A DNA stretch of 64,000 nt. Origin: an uncultured Chromatiales bacterium. GTDB lineage: Bacteria > Pseudomonadota > Gammaproteobacteria > SZUA-140. Below, piece by piece: positions 46,001 through 59,571 of this stretch. A program made the position numbers and the translations under genes. Location: contig CAYLYS010000004.1 in assembly GCA_964388175.1 (NCBI GenBank), positions 2,347 to 66,346 on the forward strand. The letters are read 5' to 3'. The notes beneath the pieces were generated by a model. That model was not told the DNA's origin. It saw only the letters and a program-made list of their open reading frames with translations, and ran no database searches. The number at the start of each line of letters is the position of its first letter. Within the stretch, counting starts at the first letter, position 1.

Positions 46001-46663
46001 TCATTTATGACACTTCCAGCAGTCGAACGGACCTTCGTTGGCCTGGTGGCAACGCTGGCAGAAACCCATCGTCAAAGGCTTGACCTTCTCCGCCACGGTC
46101 ATGTTCTTCACATCGCCGTGACAGAAGGCGCAGACTTCCTGTACACGCTCGACCGGGAGATCCTCATTGTCGAAAACGAAGCGCTTGAGGTGCTTCTCGT
46201 GGGTGAAGTGCACGTAGTCCGGCAGATCGTGAACCTTGTTCCACGGCGGCGGCTCGCGCTTTTCCCAATACTCGGTGAGCTGCTGAATGCGCGGCTTGTC
46301 GGTGGCGATGACCAGATGGCAACCCATGCATTTGCTCAGCGGCGGTATGCCCGCGACCTTGCTGCGACGCGCATAGCTGTGGCAATACATGCAGTTGATG
46401 CCATTGTCCTTGACATGGACATCGTGCGGGAATTCGATCGGCTGCTCGACGTGCTTGCCCGAATAGCTGCCCTTGGGAGGAACCGCATTGGGCACGCCGT
46501 TCTGGGCCTGGGCAGGCATGGCATAAAGCGCGAATGCCGCAATCATCATCAGCGCGAACAGCAGGGGGAACAAACGGGTACTGATGCCGCCTGCCGCCTC
46601 TGCGCGTGGACAGGACGAATGCCCTGAGAATAGTAGTCCCGTGACTGACATCTCTCCCCTCAA
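46001..46663 (-). CDS. actA: Alternative Complex III pentaheme cytochrome c subunit ActA (start uncertain)
   Basis: Five CxxCH motifs (CMYCH, CMGCH, CAFCH, CQRCH, CWKCH) after an N-terminal membrane anchor. First gene of the act operon. Confidence 0.8.
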   Translation of the reverse strand: MRGEMSVTGLLFSGHSSCPRAEAAGGISTRLFPLLFALMMIAAFALYAMPAQAQNGVPNAVPPKGSYSGKHVEQPIEFPHDVHVKDNGINCMYCHSYARRSKVAGIPPLSKCMGCHLVIATDKPRIQQLTEYWEKREPPPWNKVHDLPDYVHFTHEKHLKRFVFDNEDLPVERVQEVCAFCHGDVKNMTVAEKVKPLTMGFCQRCHQANEGPFDCWKCHK

Positions 46664-47143
46664 CTTCTGCTATTAAATCTGTATGAGACCAGGCAACGCC
46701 GGCCATGCCCAAAGACCGTACCTGCGGAATAAATTTCTACATACCGAGCGATCACCAGCGCCCCTGCCATCACGAGGGTGACCTTGAGCAACTCAATGTA
46801 TTTAGCAGTGTGAAATCGCCGGAAGAAACCCCGCGAGCGATGCCTCCTCGTGCCGCCGATTGGATGCCCCTTCTGCTGCAACGCCGATCTCACCGGATCG
46901 TTACGCGCTGCTCATCCATGCTCTAACGGCCTGTTTTTAACAACTTATCAAGTGAAGGGGAATCCTAGATCAATATGCTCGGATATGTCAACGCTGATAT
47001 CCCGCGCCTGCGCGCATGACTTCATCATCAACTGCACGATATTAACTGCACGATTCGTACAGGCTTATGCATGCATCGCAGAAGCACAGGGAGCATCGTT
47101 CCCGTATCACCAGAGGCGCATCAATAACATTGTGCGCGCCGAT

Positions 47144-47169
47144 GCGCATACCTCAAATGAGGTATGCGC
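47144..47169. promoter_or_regulatory. Perfect palindrome GCGCATACCTC-AAAT-GAGGTATGCGC in the 500-bp act/nif3 intergenic region
   Basis: 11-bp arms read directly. Located 4 nt beyond the nif3 stop (minus strand) and inside the long AT-richer region upstream of actA. Either a terminator stem for nif3 or a dimeric-regulator operator. Confidence 0.4.
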
Positions 47170-47172
47170 GGC

Positions 47173-47931
47173 TCATACCGGGTTATCTATATCGATGAAA
47201 CGGAAATCGACCGCGCAGTGCGTGCGCAGATGCGCACCCACGGCCTGCACGCCGTAACGCTCCGTCGCATGATGACCGGCGGCGAAATAATGAATGCCGG
47301 CTTCACGCGCGACATGCGTGGTGCGCTCGGAGATTTCGCCGCTGATATAGGCATCGACTCCCGCCGCGGCGGCCACGTCGATGTAATCCTGCGCCGCGCC
47401 GGTGCACCAGGCCACCGTGCGCAGAACATCGGGGCCGCCGGCAATGTGCAGCGGCACTCGTCCGAGCCGCGCCGCGATATGCTGCGCGAACAGCGCCGGC
47501 GCGCACGGCGCGGACAAGCGCCCATGCAGCACCAGGTCGGTGCGTGCACCGGCGGCGAGCACGCCGTCGGACTGTATATCCAGTACCCGCGCCAACTGCG
47601 CATTGTTGCCGAGCTCGGCATGCGCATCGAGCGGGAGATGATAGGCGAAGAGCGATATGCCGTGCTGGAGCAGCAGGCGCAGACGGCGCTGCTTGATGCC
47701 GCGCACACGCGCGTCCTCACCCTTCCAGAACCAGCCGTGATGGACCAGCAGCGCATCGGCGCCGGCGTCGACCGCGGCCTCGATCAGCGCCAGGCTCGCC
47801 GTCACGCCACCGACGATGCGCCTTATCTCGGGACGGCCCTCGACCTGCAGACCATTGGGCGCGTAGTCGGTGAAACGAGCCGGTTCCAGCAGCGTTTCGA
47901 GACAGGCTTCAAGTTCATTCAAGGTAACCAT
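47173..47931 (-). CDS. Nif3-family dinuclear-metal-centre protein (YqfO/YbgI-like)
   Basis: 252 aa with the conserved His-rich motifs of the Nif3 family (LLVHHG; AYHLPLDAH; AAGHHATE). Confidence 0.8.
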   Translation of the reverse strand: MVTLNELEACLETLLEPARFTDYAPNGLQVEGRPEIRRIVGGVTASLALIEAAVDAGADALLVHHGWFWKGEDARVRGIKQRRLRLLLQHGISLFAYHLPLDAHAELGNNAQLARVLDIQSDGVLAAGARTDLVLHGRLSAPCAPALFAQHIAARLGRVPLHIAGGPDVLRTVAWCTGAAQDYIDVAAAAGVDAYISGEISERTTHVAREAGIHYFAAGHHATERYGVQAVGAHLRTHCAVDFRFIDIDNPV

Positions 47932-48002
47932 GGTGGTCCGCTTCCTTCCGCTCAGCGCACGATGCGCGCAATCACATGGCGCTGTGCTAGAGTATCCCGG
48001 GC

Positions 48003-49151
48003 ATGAACATAAGAAAACTTTTCCCCTATTTCAGCCAAGGCATCGTCATCGGCCTGATCATCGGTCTGGCCGCGATCGCGCTCGGCACACTGCTGGTAGC
48101 GAACAAAAGACCGCAGGTCGAATTCCGGGAAAGCGAACGCCGGGAAGCTTCATCGTCGGCGCTGACCGGCCCTGTTTCCTATGCCGCCGCGGTGGAAATG
48201 GCCGCGCCCGCGGTCGTCAACATCCATACCACGAAAACCGTGGCACGCCGCGGCGCGCTGCCGTTCGAAGACCCCGCCTTCCAACGCTTCTTCGAGGAAT
48301 TCCTGCCGCGAGAACGCCAGCAGACCAACCTCGGCTCCGGCGTCATCGTCAATGAGCGCGGCTATATTCTGACCAACAACCACGTCATCGACGGCGCCGA
48401 TGAAATCCTCGTCGCCCTGCACGACGGCCGCACCGCCCGCGCCAATATCGTCGGCCGCGATCTGGAAAGCGATCTCGCCGTGCTCAAGATCCCCATGAAC
48501 GGCCTGCCCACGATCGTACTCGGCGATTCGGAAAGCCTGCGGGTGGGAGACGTCGTGCTCGCCATCGGCAATCCCTTCGGCGTCGGCCAGACCGTGACCC
48601 AGGGCATCGTCAGCGCCACCGGCCGGCACCAGCTCGGCATTTCCACTTTCGAGAATTTCATTCAGACCGATGCCGCGATCAACCCCGGCAATTCGGGTGG
48701 AGCGCTGATCAATCCCTACGGCGAGATCGTCGGCGTGAATACCGCCATTTTTTCGCGCAGCGGCGGTTCGCAGGGCATCGGCTTCGCCATCCCCACCAGC
48801 ATCGCCAAGATCGTCATGACGCAGATCATCGAGCACGGCGAAGCGATACGCGGCTGGCTCGGCATCGAGATCCAGACCCTGAGCCCCGAGCTGGCGGAGT
48901 CGTTCGGCATACCGGACACCTCCGGCCTCATCATTGCCGGCGTACTGCCCGAAGGCCCGGCGGCGCGCGCGCAGTTGCAGCCCGGCGACGTCATCACGCA
49001 CATCAACGGCCAGAAAATCGAGGACGCCCGCTTCGCACTCAATCTCATCGCCCAGACCGTGCCCGGCAGCACCATCAAGCTGCGCGGCATACGCAACGGC
49101 AGGGCGATCGAGATCGAAGCGACGGTGAGCAAACGTCCGCAGCCGAGCTGA
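48003..49151 (+). CDS. DegS/AlgW-like periplasmic serine endoprotease with one PDZ domain
   Basis: N-terminal TM anchor, catalytic triad context (TNNHV...D...GNSGGAL) and a single C-terminal PDZ domain. 382 aa. Confidence 0.85.
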   Translation: MNIRKLFPYFSQGIVIGLIIGLAAIALGTLLVANKRPQVEFRESERREASSSALTGPVSYAAAVEMAAPAVVNIHTTKTVARRGALPFEDPAFQRFFEEFLPRERQQTNLGSGVIVNERGYILTNNHVIDGADEILVALHDGRTARANIVGRDLESDLAVLKIPMNGLPTIVLGDSESLRVGDVVLAIGNPFGVGQTVTQGIVSATGRHQLGISTFENFIQTDAAINPGNSGGALINPYGEIVGVNTAIFSRSGGSQGIGFAIPTSIAKIVMTQIIEHGEAIRGWLGIEIQTLSPELAESFGIPDTSGLIIAGVLPEGPAARAQLQPGDVITHINGQKIEDARFALNLIAQTVPGSTIKLRGIRNGRAIEIEATVSKRPQPS

Positions 49152-49223
49152 GCGCAGCCGCGGGAAGGCCAGAGTTTCCTTCCAGCTCACCAAACCCGAT
49201 CCCCCGATCGATAATCAGGCGAA

Positions 49224-49961
49224 CTAGACCACTCCCTCCTCTTCTTCCTCGTCCTCCGCGCGCTTGCGCACGTAGAAACGCGACAGCACCACGCCCAGTT
49301 CGAACAATAGCCACATCGGAATCGCCAGCAGCGTCTGCGAGATGACATCGGGCGGCGTGAGCAGCATGCCGACGACGAAAGCACCGACGATGACGTAGGG
49401 GCGCTTCGCCACCAGTTGCTGCGGCGTGGTAGCGCCGGCCCATACCAGCACGATGGTGATGATCGGCACCTGGAAGGCGATGCCGAAGGCAAAGAAGATG
49501 GTCAGCACGAAACTGAGATAGTTGCTGATATCGGTCATCACCGTCACGCCTTCGGGCGCGATGGCAAGGAAGAAACCGAACACCAGCGGGAAGAGGACGA
49601 AATAGGCGAACAGCGCGCCGCCGTAGAACAGCGCGACGCTCGCCACCAGCAGGGGTAAAGCCAAACGGCGCTCGCTGCGGTACAGACCCGGCGCAATGAA
49701 ACGCCAGACCTGATGCAGGATGTACGGCATGACGAGAAACACCGCCAGCACCATGGTGAATTTGAACGGCACCAGAAACGGCGCCGCGACCTGGGTGGCG
49801 ATCATCGTGGTGCCCTGCGGCATGCGCTCGATCAGCGGCAGGGCGAGCAGGCTGTAGAACCGGTTGGCGAACGGCGCCATCAGCAGGAACAGCGCGGTGA
49901 CCGCCACGATGATGCGCAGAAGCCGCGAGCGCAGCTCCAGCAAGTGGGCCATCAGCGGCAT
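49224..49961 (-). CDS. tatC: Twin-arginine translocase subunit TatC
   Basis: [15 protein letters not shown]... and six TM helices. Follows tatB. Confidence 0.85.
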   Translation of the reverse strand: MPLMAHLLELRSRLLRIIVAVTALFLLMAPFANRFYSLLALPLIERMPQGTTMIATQVAAPFLVPFKFTMVLAVFLVMPYILHQVWRFIAPGLYRSERRLALPLLVASVALFYGGALFAYFVLFPLVFGFFLAIAPEGVTVMTDISNYLSFVLTIFFAFGIAFQVPIITIVLVWAGATTPQQLVAKRPYVIVGAFVVGMLLTPPDVISQTLLAIPMWLLFELGVVLSRFYVRKRAEDEEEEEGVV

Positions 49962-49989
49962 GTCCGCGCCGCCGGGGGAATGGTTCCGG

Positions 49990-50397
49990 CTAGCGCCCAC
50001 TGTCTTCCCGCCGACTGCCGGACGACGGTGCGTCTTGCCGCGAGGATTCTGCCGCGGCAGCGCCTATTGCAGCGGCGTCCGGCGCGGCAGCACCGCTCTC
50101 CCCCGCCTGCCTGCCGCGCGCCGGATCATCGAGCGCATCGATCGATACGGTCGCGCGCGCCTCTTCCAGCGCCTTGTGCAGCTCGGCGAGTTCGGTCTCG
50201 CGCTCGACCAGGCGCTTGATCTCCTCGGCCCGGGCGACTTCGCGGCTGAACTCCTCCTTGAACTCGCCCGCCACCTTGCGTGCCTGGGAAACCCAGGCGC
50301 TGACGCCGCGGATCAAGCCCGGCAATTCCTTCGGGCCGACGACCACCAGCGCCACGATGGCGATCAGCACCATCTCCCAAAAACCGATATCGAACAT
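49990..50397 (-). CDS. tatB: Twin-arginine translocase subunit TatB
   Basis: [26 protein letters not shown]... TatA/B N-terminal helix followed by a long charged tail. Confidence 0.8.
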   Translation of the reverse strand: MFDIGFWEMVLIAIVALVVVGPKELPGLIRGVSAWVSQARKVAGEFKEEFSREVARAEEIKRLVERETELAELHKALEEARATVSIDALDDPARGRQAGESGAAAPDAAAIGAAAAESSRQDAPSSGSRREDSGR

Positions 50398-50489
50398 GGA
50401 TCACTCACTCCGGCGCCGCCGGCGCGGCGCGGAACAGGCCCGCTGCGTGCCATGCGGCACCAGCGCGCACGGGCGGAACGACGGCGGGA

Positions 50490-50726
50490 TCAGACCTTTT
50501 CGTTTTCCTTGGACTCGACCTGACCCTCGATGACACGCTCGGATTTACCGCGCTCCATCTGTTCCTGGGCCAACTCGGTCTCGTCCTGCCCCGGTTCGCG
50601 GACGGAATCGCGAAAGCCCTTGACCGCGCCGCCGAGATCCTTGCCCACGCTGCGCAGTCTCTTCGTGCCGAACAGCAGCAGCACGATCAGCAGAATGATC
50701 AGCAATTGCCAGACGCTAATTCCCAT
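50490..50726 (-). CDS. tatA: Twin-arginine translocase subunit TatA
   Basis: [24 protein letters not shown]... 78 aa. Confidence 0.85.
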   Translation of the reverse strand: MGISVWQLLIILLIVLLLFGTKRLRSVGKDLGGAVKGFRDSVREPGQDETELAQEQMERGKSERVIEGQVESKENEKV

Positions 50727-50804
50727 GACTCCGCACCTCTCAAGTGTTCGTCTTCAATCGCCCCGGCCACCGTGCCGTCGGCGTGCAGCCCGCGTACGGA
50801 CCGG

Positions 50805-51122
50805 CTAGCGCCGGCGCGCCGCCTTTTCCTCGATGCCGGATTGCCCGAAACGCGTGGCGAGTTCGGCGAGAACCTGCTCCGGACCGAGCCCGCGGCGGGC
50901 GAGCATGACCAGCGTATGGAACCACAGATCCGCCGCCTCATGAACGAGTGCGCGATCGTCGTTACCCATCGCGGCGATGATGAATTCGCTCGCCTCCTCG
51001 CCGACCTTCTTCAGGACCGCCTCAGGTCCCTTGGCATACAGTCCGGCGACATACGAGGTCTGCGGATCGGCGCCCTTGCGCTGCTCCAGCACCGCCGCCA
51101 GGTCTTTCAGCACTTCGTCCAT
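50805..51122 (-). CDS. hisE: Phosphoribosyl-ATP pyrophosphatase
   Basis: 105 aa; ...SYVAGLYAKG...EEASEFIIAA...EAADLWFH. Confidence 0.85.
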   Translation of the reverse strand: MDEVLKDLAAVLEQRKGADPQTSYVAGLYAKGPEAVLKKVGEEASEFIIAAMGNDDRALVHEAADLWFHTLVMLARRGLGPEQVLAELATRFGQSGIEEKAARRR

Positions 51123-51179
51123 ATGATTTCCCAGTACCGCTGCCAGTGCCGCTGTGGATACAGGAGATCTTATCGCGTT

Positions 51180-51587
51180 TCAGCGCTCCGGAGCACCATA
51201 TATGTCCGCCGGATCCTTCAGCACCGGATCGACGACCTGCCAGCCGTCCTCTCCCAAGCGGCGGTAGAGACAGCTTTCACGCCCAGTATGGCAGGCAACG
51301 CCGCCATGCTGGTCGATCATCAGCAGGATCACGTCGCCGTCGCAGTCGAGGCGGATCTCATGCACCTGCTGCACGTGGCCGGACTCCTCGCCTTTGCGCC
51401 ACAGCCGGGCGCGCGAGCGCGACCAGTACACCGCCCGGCCGCTCGCCACCGTTTCGAGCAGCGCATCCCGGTTCATCCATGCCACCATCAGCACCCGGCC
51501 GCTGCGATGATCCTGGGCAACCGCGGTCACCAGTCCGTCGGCATTCCAGCGCACCTCATCCAGCCATCGCTCGCTCATCGTCGGCAC
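51180..51587 (-). CDS. hisI: Phosphoribosyl-AMP cyclohydrolase
   Basis: GLVTAVAQD...WMNRDAL...WSRSR..LW.KGE.SG..Q...I..DCDGD. Confidence 0.85.
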   Translation of the reverse strand: MPTMSERWLDEVRWNADGLVTAVAQDHRSGRVLMVAWMNRDALLETVASGRAVYWSRSRARLWRKGEESGHVQQVHEIRLDCDGDVILLMIDQHGGVACHTGRESCLYRRLGEDGWQVVDPVLKDPADIYGAPER

Positions 51588-51598
51588 GGCATGCGTCC

Positions 51599-52390
<792 letters not shown>

Positions 52391-52401
52391 GTTGCCGGAT
52401 C

Positions 52402-53136
52402 TCAGCCGCGGCCGTCGACGTAGCGCCGGGCTTCGGCGAAATCGAGCCGGCCTTCGTAGAGCGCGCGCCCGAGCACCGCGCCCATCACGCCCTCGCCCTC
52501 CACCGTACACAGCGCCTCGATGTCGCCCATGCCGGCGATGCCGCCCGAGGCGATGATCGGAATGCGCACCGAACGCGCCAGCCGCACCGTCGCATCGACA
52601 TTGACGCCGCTCAGCATGCCGTCGCGACTGATGTCGGTATAAATGATGGCCGATACGCCGTCGCGCTCGAAATGCTGGGCGATATCGATGACGTCGTGAT
52701 TGGACAACTTGGACCAGCCATCGATCGCCACCTTGCCGTCGCGGGCATCAAGGGCGACGATGATATGGCCGGGAAACGATACCGCCGCATCGGCGACGAA
52801 GTGCGGCTCATTGACCGCCGTGGTGCCGATGATGACGAAACTGACGCCATTGTCGAGATAGGTTTCGATCGCCTCATCGTCGCGAATGCCGCCGCCGACC
52901 TGCAGCGGTACGTCGGGATAGGCATCGACGATGTCGCGGATCACCCGCGCATTGATCGGCCGGCCGGCGGTGGCGCCGTTCAGGTCGACGATGTGCAGGC
53001 GCTGCGCGCCCGCCTCGACCCAGCGCCCGGCGGTCGCCACCGGATCGTCGGAAAACACTGTCGAATCGTCCATCCTGCCCTGGCGCAAACGCACGCACTG
53101 CCCGTCCTTGATATCGATCGCTGGTATCAGCAGCAT
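52402..53136 (-). CDS. hisA: Phosphoribosylformimino-5-aminoimidazole carboxamide ribotide isomerase
   Basis: [17 protein letters not shown]...LHIVDLNGA. Confidence 0.9.
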   Translation of the reverse strand: MLLIPAIDIKDGQCVRLRQGRMDDSTVFSDDPVATAGRWVEAGAQRLHIVDLNGATAGRPINARVIRDIVDAYPDVPLQVGGGIRDDEAIETYLDNGVSFVIIGTTAVNEPHFVADAAVSFPGHIIVALDARDGKVAIDGWSKLSNHDVIDIAQHFERDGVSAIIYTDISRDGMLSGVNVDATVRLARSVRIPIIASGGIAGMGDIEALCTVEGEGVMGAVLGRALYEGRLDFAEARRYVDGRG

Positions 53137-53190
53137 GACCTTACCTCATTACAAATGTGTGTAATTCCGTCGCTGTACGATACGCCGGGC

Positions 53191-53835
53191 TCAGGCACTG
53201 CCGTCCCAGCGGATGAAGTTCGACAGCAATGTGAGGCCGGCGCGCTGGCTTTTCTCCGGGTGGAACTGCACCGCGAAGACATGTCCGGCGGCGACGGCGG
53301 ATGCAAAGCGAACGCCGTAATCGGTGCTGCCGGCGACCACGTCCGCGGTGGCCGGCTTCACATAGTAGCTGTGGACAAAATAGAAATGGCTGTCCTGCGG
53401 CACACTTTCCCACAGCGGATGCACCACGGTCTGGCACACCCGGTTCCAGCCCATGTGCGGCACCTTCAGCGCCGGCTCTCCCGCCGCGGGGGCGGTGACG
53501 GGGAAACGCGGGACTTCGCCGGCGATGATGCCGAGCCCGGGCGTTCCGCCGTTTTCCTCACTGTGATCCATGAGCGCCTGCATGCCCAGGCAAATGCCGA
53601 GAAAGGGGCGGGTGGCCGCCGCCTCGCGCACCGCATCGATCAGGTCGAGCCGGCGCAATTCCGCCATGCAATCGCGCAGCGCGCCGACGCCCGGCAGCAC
53701 CACGCGGTCGGCAGCCAGCACGCTCGCACCGTCGCTGGCGACACGGATGCGCGCATCGCCGCTCACGTGCTCCAGCGCCTTGCACACGGAACGGATGTTG
53801 CCCATTCCGTAGTCGATGACTACTACCGTCGTCAT
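53191..53835 (-). CDS. hisH: Imidazole glycerol phosphate synthase glutaminase subunit
   Basis: VVIDYGMGNIRSV...GICLGMQ...HSYY...FHPEKS. Confidence 0.9.
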   Translation of the reverse strand: MTTVVVIDYGMGNIRSVCKALEHVSGDARIRVASDGASVLAADRVVLPGVGALRDCMAELRRLDLIDAVREAAATRPFLGICLGMQALMDHSEENGGTPGLGIIAGEVPRFPVTAPAAGEPALKVPHMGWNRVCQTVVHPLWESVPQDSHFYFVHSYYVKPATADVVAGSTDYGVRFASAVAAGHVFAVQFHPEKSQRAGLTLLSNFIRWDGSA

Positions 53836-53878
53836 ACAGCTGTTGCCATGGTGCGGGGTCGAAACGGAAATACTGGAT

Positions 53879-54475
53879 TCAGAGACTGCCCTTGGTCGAC
53901 GGCAGGATACCCTGCCCGCGCGGATCCGCCTCTACCGCCGCGCGCAAGGCGCGCCCGAATGCCTTGAAGATCGTTTCGGCGATGTGATGGACATTGATCC
54001 CGCGCAGGCAATCGATATGAACGGTGGCCAAGGCGTGATTGGTGAACGCACGGAAGAATTCCTGGAACAGATCGACGTCCATATTGCCGACCTGGGCACG
54101 GGGGAAGACCACGTGATATTCCAGCCCGGGGCGGCCGGACAGATCGATCACCACGCGCGACAGCGCCTCGTCGAGCGGCACATAGGCATGGCCGTAGCGA
54201 CGGACGCCTTCCTTGCTGCCGAGCGCGCGCGCCACCGCCTGGCCGAGCACGATGCCGACGTCTTCCACGGTATGGTGGTCGTCGATGTGCACGTCACCCA
54301 CGGCATGCACGGTGATGTCGATCATGCCGTGGCGGGCGATCTGTTCCAGCATGTGGTTGAGAAAGGGTACCGGGGTCTGGAAATCCGCCTGTCCGGTACC
54401 ATCGAGATTGATCTCGATACGTACGTCGGTCTCTCTCGTCTTGCGGTCGACAACCGCCCTGCGGTCTTGCATCAC
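53879..54475 (-). CDS. hisB: Imidazoleglycerol-phosphate dehydratase
   Basis: [18 protein letters not shown]...[15 protein letters not shown]... 198 aa. Confidence 0.9.
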   Translation of the reverse strand: MMQDRRAVVDRKTRETDVRIEINLDGTGQADFQTPVPFLNHMLEQIARHGMIDITVHAVGDVHIDDHHTVEDVGIVLGQAVARALGSKEGVRRYGHAYVPLDEALSRVVIDLSGRPGLEYHVVFPRAQVGNMDVDLFQEFFRAFTNHALATVHIDCLRGINVHHIAETIFKAFGRALRAAVEADPRGQGILPSTKGSL

Positions 54476-54593
54476 CCCTCCGAAGTCAGGTTCTTATGAT
54501 CTCACAAGCGCCGGCCGCGCGCCTAGGGTCAATCCCCTCTATCCCAATAGAGGGGACCGCCTCTGCTATCCCGCCGTTCGGGACGTGCACGCC

Positions 54594-55742
54594 TCAGCCT
54601 TCCCGCAGCGCCTCGTCCAGCGCGGTGAGAAACGCCGCGTTCTCCTCCGGCGCCCCCACCGTCACCCGCAGGCAATCGGCGAGGCTGGCGCTGCGGCCGA
54701 GATTCTTGATCAGCACGCCGCGCGCGGACAATCCGGCGAAGACCCGCTCCCCCGTCCCGGCGGGGACGCGGAAGAAAATGAAGTTGGCATGGCTCGGCAA
54801 TACCTTGAGCCCGGGCCGGGCGCACAGGGCCCGGTACAGCTGTTCGCGATCGGCGCGGATGCGCGCCGCCTGCGTCTCGAGCATCTCGCGGTGCTCGAGC
54901 GCGAAACGCGCGCTCACCTGGGTCAGCACATTGATGTTGTAGGGCAGACGGATCTTGTCGATCTCGGCGATCAGGGACGGATGGCCGGCAAGCAAACCGA
55001 GACGCAACCCCGCCAGACCCATCTTGGACAGCGTGCGCAGAATCAGCAGCTGCGGATAATCGCGCAGCCAGGGCATCATCGTCGTCCCCGAAAACGACTG
55101 ATAGGCTTCGTCCACCACCACCAGCCCCGGCGCCGCTTCGATCACGCGCCGCACGGCGTCGGCATCGAACAGGCAGCCGCTCGGATTATTGGGATAGTCG
55201 AGCAGGATCACGGCCGGCCGGTGCGCCGCGATCGCCGCCAGCATGGCATCGACGTCGAGACTGAAATCCTCCGCACGCAGGGGCACGCCGATGAACTCAA
55301 GCCCGGCGAAGCACGAGATCATGCGATACATGCTGAATGCCGGATCCGGCGCCAGCGCCTTGCGCCCCGGCCCGGCGAGCGCGAGCGCGATCATCTGGAT
55401 GAGTTCATCGGACCCGTTGCCGAGCATGATCTCCGACCCCGCCGGCACCGCGCAAAAATCACGCAGACTGGCCATGAGCTGCTGCGGCGCGGGATCCGGA
55501 TAGCGGTTCAGGCTGACGTCGCGCAGCGCCGCCAGCCATTCCTCCACTACCTCGTCGGGCCAGACATAGGGATTTTCCATGGCATCCAGCTTGATCAGCC
55601 CGGCGGCGGGCGCCACATGATAAGCGTTGAGCGCACGGATCTCGGGCCGTATCCAACGGGTGATACGCTCCTGCAAGGACAATACGGCGTTATCTGCGGA
55701 CATGTCGGCACCGGCTCCCGTGCGCTCAGGATGCTGCATCAT
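54594..55742 (-). CDS. hisC: Histidinol-phosphate aminotransferase (start possibly the internal Met at 55703)
   Basis: Class-II aminotransferase with the PLP-lysine region (...[16 protein letters not shown]...). Operon position. Confidence 0.85.
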   Translation of the reverse strand: MMQHPERTGAGADMSADNAVLSLQERITRWIRPEIRALNAYHVAPAAGLIKLDAMENPYVWPDEVVEEWLAALRDVSLNRYPDPAPQQLMASLRDFCAVPAGSEIMLGNGSDELIQMIALALAGPGRKALAPDPAFSMYRMISCFAGLEFIGVPLRAEDFSLDVDAMLAAIAAHRPAVILLDYPNNPSGCLFDADAVRRVIEAAPGLVVVDEAYQSFSGTTMMPWLRDYPQLLILRTLSKMGLAGLRLGLLAGHPSLIAEIDKIRLPYNINVLTQVSARFALEHREMLETQAARIRADREQLYRALCARPGLKVLPSHANFIFFRVPAGTGERVFAGLSARGVLIKNLGRSASLADCLRVTVGAPEENAAFLTALDEALREG

Positions 55743-57033
55743 CGACGCGGTACTCGGCGGACCGGGCGTGCGCCGTCAAGCCCTCACAGCGCGCGAGTGC
55801 GGCGGCGGTCACGCCGAGCGCGGCGGCGCCCTGGCGCGTGCACATGATCAGGCTGGAGCGCTTCTGGAAATCGTACACGCCGAGCGGCGAGGAAAAACGC
55901 GCCGTGCGCGAGGTCGGCAGCACGTGGTTCGGGCCGGCGATGTAGTCGCCGATCGCCTCCGCCGTGTAGCGGCCGAGGAAGATCGCGCCGGCATGGCGGA
56001 CCTTGCGCGCGAGCGCCTGCGGATCGGCGACCGACAGTTCCAGATGCTCGGGGGCGATCAGATTGATCACCTCGGCGGCATCGTCGAGATCGCGCACGTG
56101 GATGAAGGCGGCGCGGCGCGACATCGAGGTCTCGATGATCGCGCGGCGCTCCATTGTCGGCAGCAAACGGGCGATGCTCTCCTGCACGCGGTCGAGATAG
56201 GCCGCATCGGGACAAACGAGAATCGACTGCGCATCCTCATCGTGCTCGGCCTGGGAGAACAGGTCCATCGCCACCCAGTCGGGCGGCGTTTCGCCGTCGC
56301 ATACCACGAGGATTTCCGAAGGCCCGGCGATCATGTCGATGCCGACGGCGCCGTAGACCATGCCCTTGGCGGTGGCGACGTAGATATTGCCCGGACCGAC
56401 GATCTTGTCCACGCGTGGGATCGTTTCCGTGCCGTAGGCGAGCGCGGCCACCGCCTGCGCGCCGCCGACGGCGAACACGCGATCGACGTCAGCAATCACC
56501 GCGGCGGCGAGCACCAGCTCATTGATCGTGCCATCCGGCGTCGGCACCACCATGATCAGTTCGGGCACGCCCGCCACCTTGGCCGGGATCGCATTCATGA
56601 TCACGGTGGAGGGATAGGCGGCCTTGCCGCCGGGGACGTACAGGCCGACGCGATCGAGCGGCGTCACCTGCTGCCCGAGCAGGGTGCCGTCGGCCTCGGT
56701 GTAGGACCAGGAATCGACCTTCTGATGTTCGTGATAGGCACGCACCCGCGCCGCTGCGTATTCGATCGCGGCGCGCTGATCCTGCGCAATGGCGGCCAGC
56801 GCCTGCTGCAGACGGCTGCGGGGAATCTCCAACTGCGCGACGCTCGCTGCCTCCACGCGATCGAAGCGACGCGTGTATTCCAGCACCGCCGCATCACCGC
56901 GCGCGCGCACGTCGGCGAGTATGCCGCGGACACGCTCGTTCACCTCGGCGTCGGAGGTCGATTCCCATGCCAGCAAGGCATCGAGCTCGGCGCGGAAACC
57001 GGCCGCGCGGCTATCCAGACGGCGTATTCTCAT
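55726..57033 (-). CDS. hisD: Histidinol dehydrogenase
   Basis: 435 aa. Conserved ...[11 protein letters not shown]... and HDEDAQS... motifs. Confidence 0.9.
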   Translation of the reverse strand: MRIRRLDSRAAGFRAELDALLAWESTSDAEVNERVRGILADVRARGDAAVLEYTRRFDRVEAASVAQLEIPRSRLQQALAAIAQDQRAAIEYAAARVRAYHEHQKVDSWSYTEADGTLLGQQVTPLDRVGLYVPGGKAAYPSTVIMNAIPAKVAGVPELIMVVPTPDGTINELVLAAAVIADVDRVFAVGGAQAVAALAYGTETIPRVDKIVGPGNIYVATAKGMVYGAVGIDMIAGPSEILVVCDGETPPDWVAMDLFSQAEHDEDAQSILVCPDAAYLDRVQESIARLLPTMERRAIIETSMSRRAAFIHVRDLDDAAEVINLIAPEHLELSVADPQALARKVRHAGAIFLGRYTAEAIGDYIAGPNHVLPTSRTARFSSPLGVYDFQKRSSLIMCTRQGAAALGVTAAALARCEGLTAHARSAEYRVDDAAS

Positions 57034-57668
57034 GAGGGCACCACTTCGGCGATGAGCCGGATCAGTTCCTTTATTTTTTCATGTTTCATTTTCATCGCGG
57101 CCTTGTTGACGATGAGCCGGGAGCTGATTTCCATGATCGTTTCCAGCGGTTCGAGACCATTGGCGCGCAGCGTGTTGCCGGTATCGACCAGATCGACGAT
57201 ACGGTCGGCAAGGCCGACCAGCGGCGCCAGCTCCATGGAGCCGTAGAGCTTCACGAGTTCGACCTGCTCGCCGCGCGCGGCGAAGTAACGCCGCGCCGTT
57301 TCCACGTATTTGGTCGCGATGCGCATGCGTACGCCGGGCCCCGGCGCGGTCACCGGTCCCGCCACCATCAGGCGGCAACGCGCGATGTTCAGATCGAGCG
57401 GCTCGTAGAGCCCGTCCCCGCCGTATTCCATCAGCACGTCCTTGCCCGCGATGCCGATGTCTGCCGCGCCGTACTCGACGAAAGTCGGCACATCCGCCGC
57501 GCGGATCACCACCAGCCGCACGTCCTCGCGCGAGGTTTCCAGGATCAGCTTGCGGCTGGTTTCGGGATCCTCGCGCGGCACGATGCCGGCGTGGGCCAGC
57601 AGCGGCATCGCTTCCTTGAAGATGCGCCCCTTGGATACGGCGATGCTGATCGCGCTGTGATGCGTCAT
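57030..57668 (-). CDS. hisG: ATP phosphoribosyltransferase (short form)
   Basis: [18 protein letters not shown]...[14 protein letters not shown]. 212 aa. Confidence 0.9.
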   Translation of the reverse strand: MTHHSAISIAVSKGRIFKEAMPLLAHAGIVPREDPETSRKLILETSREDVRLVVIRAADVPTFVEYGAADIGIAGKDVLMEYGGDGLYEPLDLNIARCRLMVAGPVTAPGPGVRMRIATKYVETARRYFAARGEQVELVKLYGSMELAPLVGLADRIVDLVDTGNTLRANGLEPLETIMEISSRLIVNKAAMKMKHEKIKELIRLIAEVVPS

Positions 57669-57672
57669 CGGT

Positions 57673-58950
<1,278 letters not shown>

Positions 58951-59012
58951 TCATGCTGAATGGGATGCGGCGCCCGGCGCCGGCATGCGCCGGCCGTTCG
59001 GGCGGCTGGGCG

Positions 59013-59261
59013 TCAGACCGGCTGCCCGCTCCGCGCCTGCCACTCCTCGGGCGTATAGGCACGGATCGACAGGGCATGGATCGCGCCACCCATCAGCTCT
59101 CCCAGGGTGGAGTATACCAAGCGGTGTTTCGCGAGCAGACTCTTGCCGCGGAAATCGTCGGCGATGACGATGGCGTCGAAATGGGTGCCATCGCCGCTGA
59201 CCTGCACCTGGCTGCCGGGCATGCCGGCCTCGATCAGGCGCTTGATGTAATCAGGTTCCAT
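59013..59261 (-). CDS. ibaG: BolA-family protein (IbaG/YrbA-like)
   Basis: 82 aa. ...GDGTHFDAIVIADDFRGKSLLAKHRLVY. Position between murA and mlaB, as in enterobacteria. Confidence 0.75.
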   Translation of the reverse strand: MEPDYIKRLIEAGMPGSQVQVSGDGTHFDAIVIADDFRGKSLLAKHRLVYSTLGELMGGAIHALSIRAYTPEEWQARSGQPV

Positions 59262-59571
59262 CTGTCCTCACGCTAAGGGGCAACACGCCGTCCAGCCCGC
59301 TGACCCGGGCCATGTCGAGCATCTGCGACGGCACATTGATGAAAGAGATCTCCTGCCCGGCCGCACGCGCGGCCCTGAACCATTCTATCAACAGGGCGAG
59401 ACCCGCGCTGTCGGCGTGCGCGACGTCCTGCAGATCGAGCTGCAGCGCAGGAACGCCGGCGGCGAACAGGGATCGACTGTGCTCGAGCAGGGCCGGCACG
59501 GTATCGAAGCGCAGCTCGCCGCTGACGAGATAGCTTCCGGACTGCGCCGGATGGGGGCGCACTTCACCCAT
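59251..59571 (-). CDS. mlaB: STAS-domain protein MlaB
   Basis: 106 aa STAS-like protein. Position downstream of mlaC. Confidence 0.6.
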   Translation of the reverse strand: MGEVRPHPAQSGSYLVSGELRFDTVPALLEHSRSLFAAGVPALQLDLQDVAHADSAGLALLIEWFRAARAAGQEISFINVPSQMLDMARVSGLDGVLPLSVRTDGT

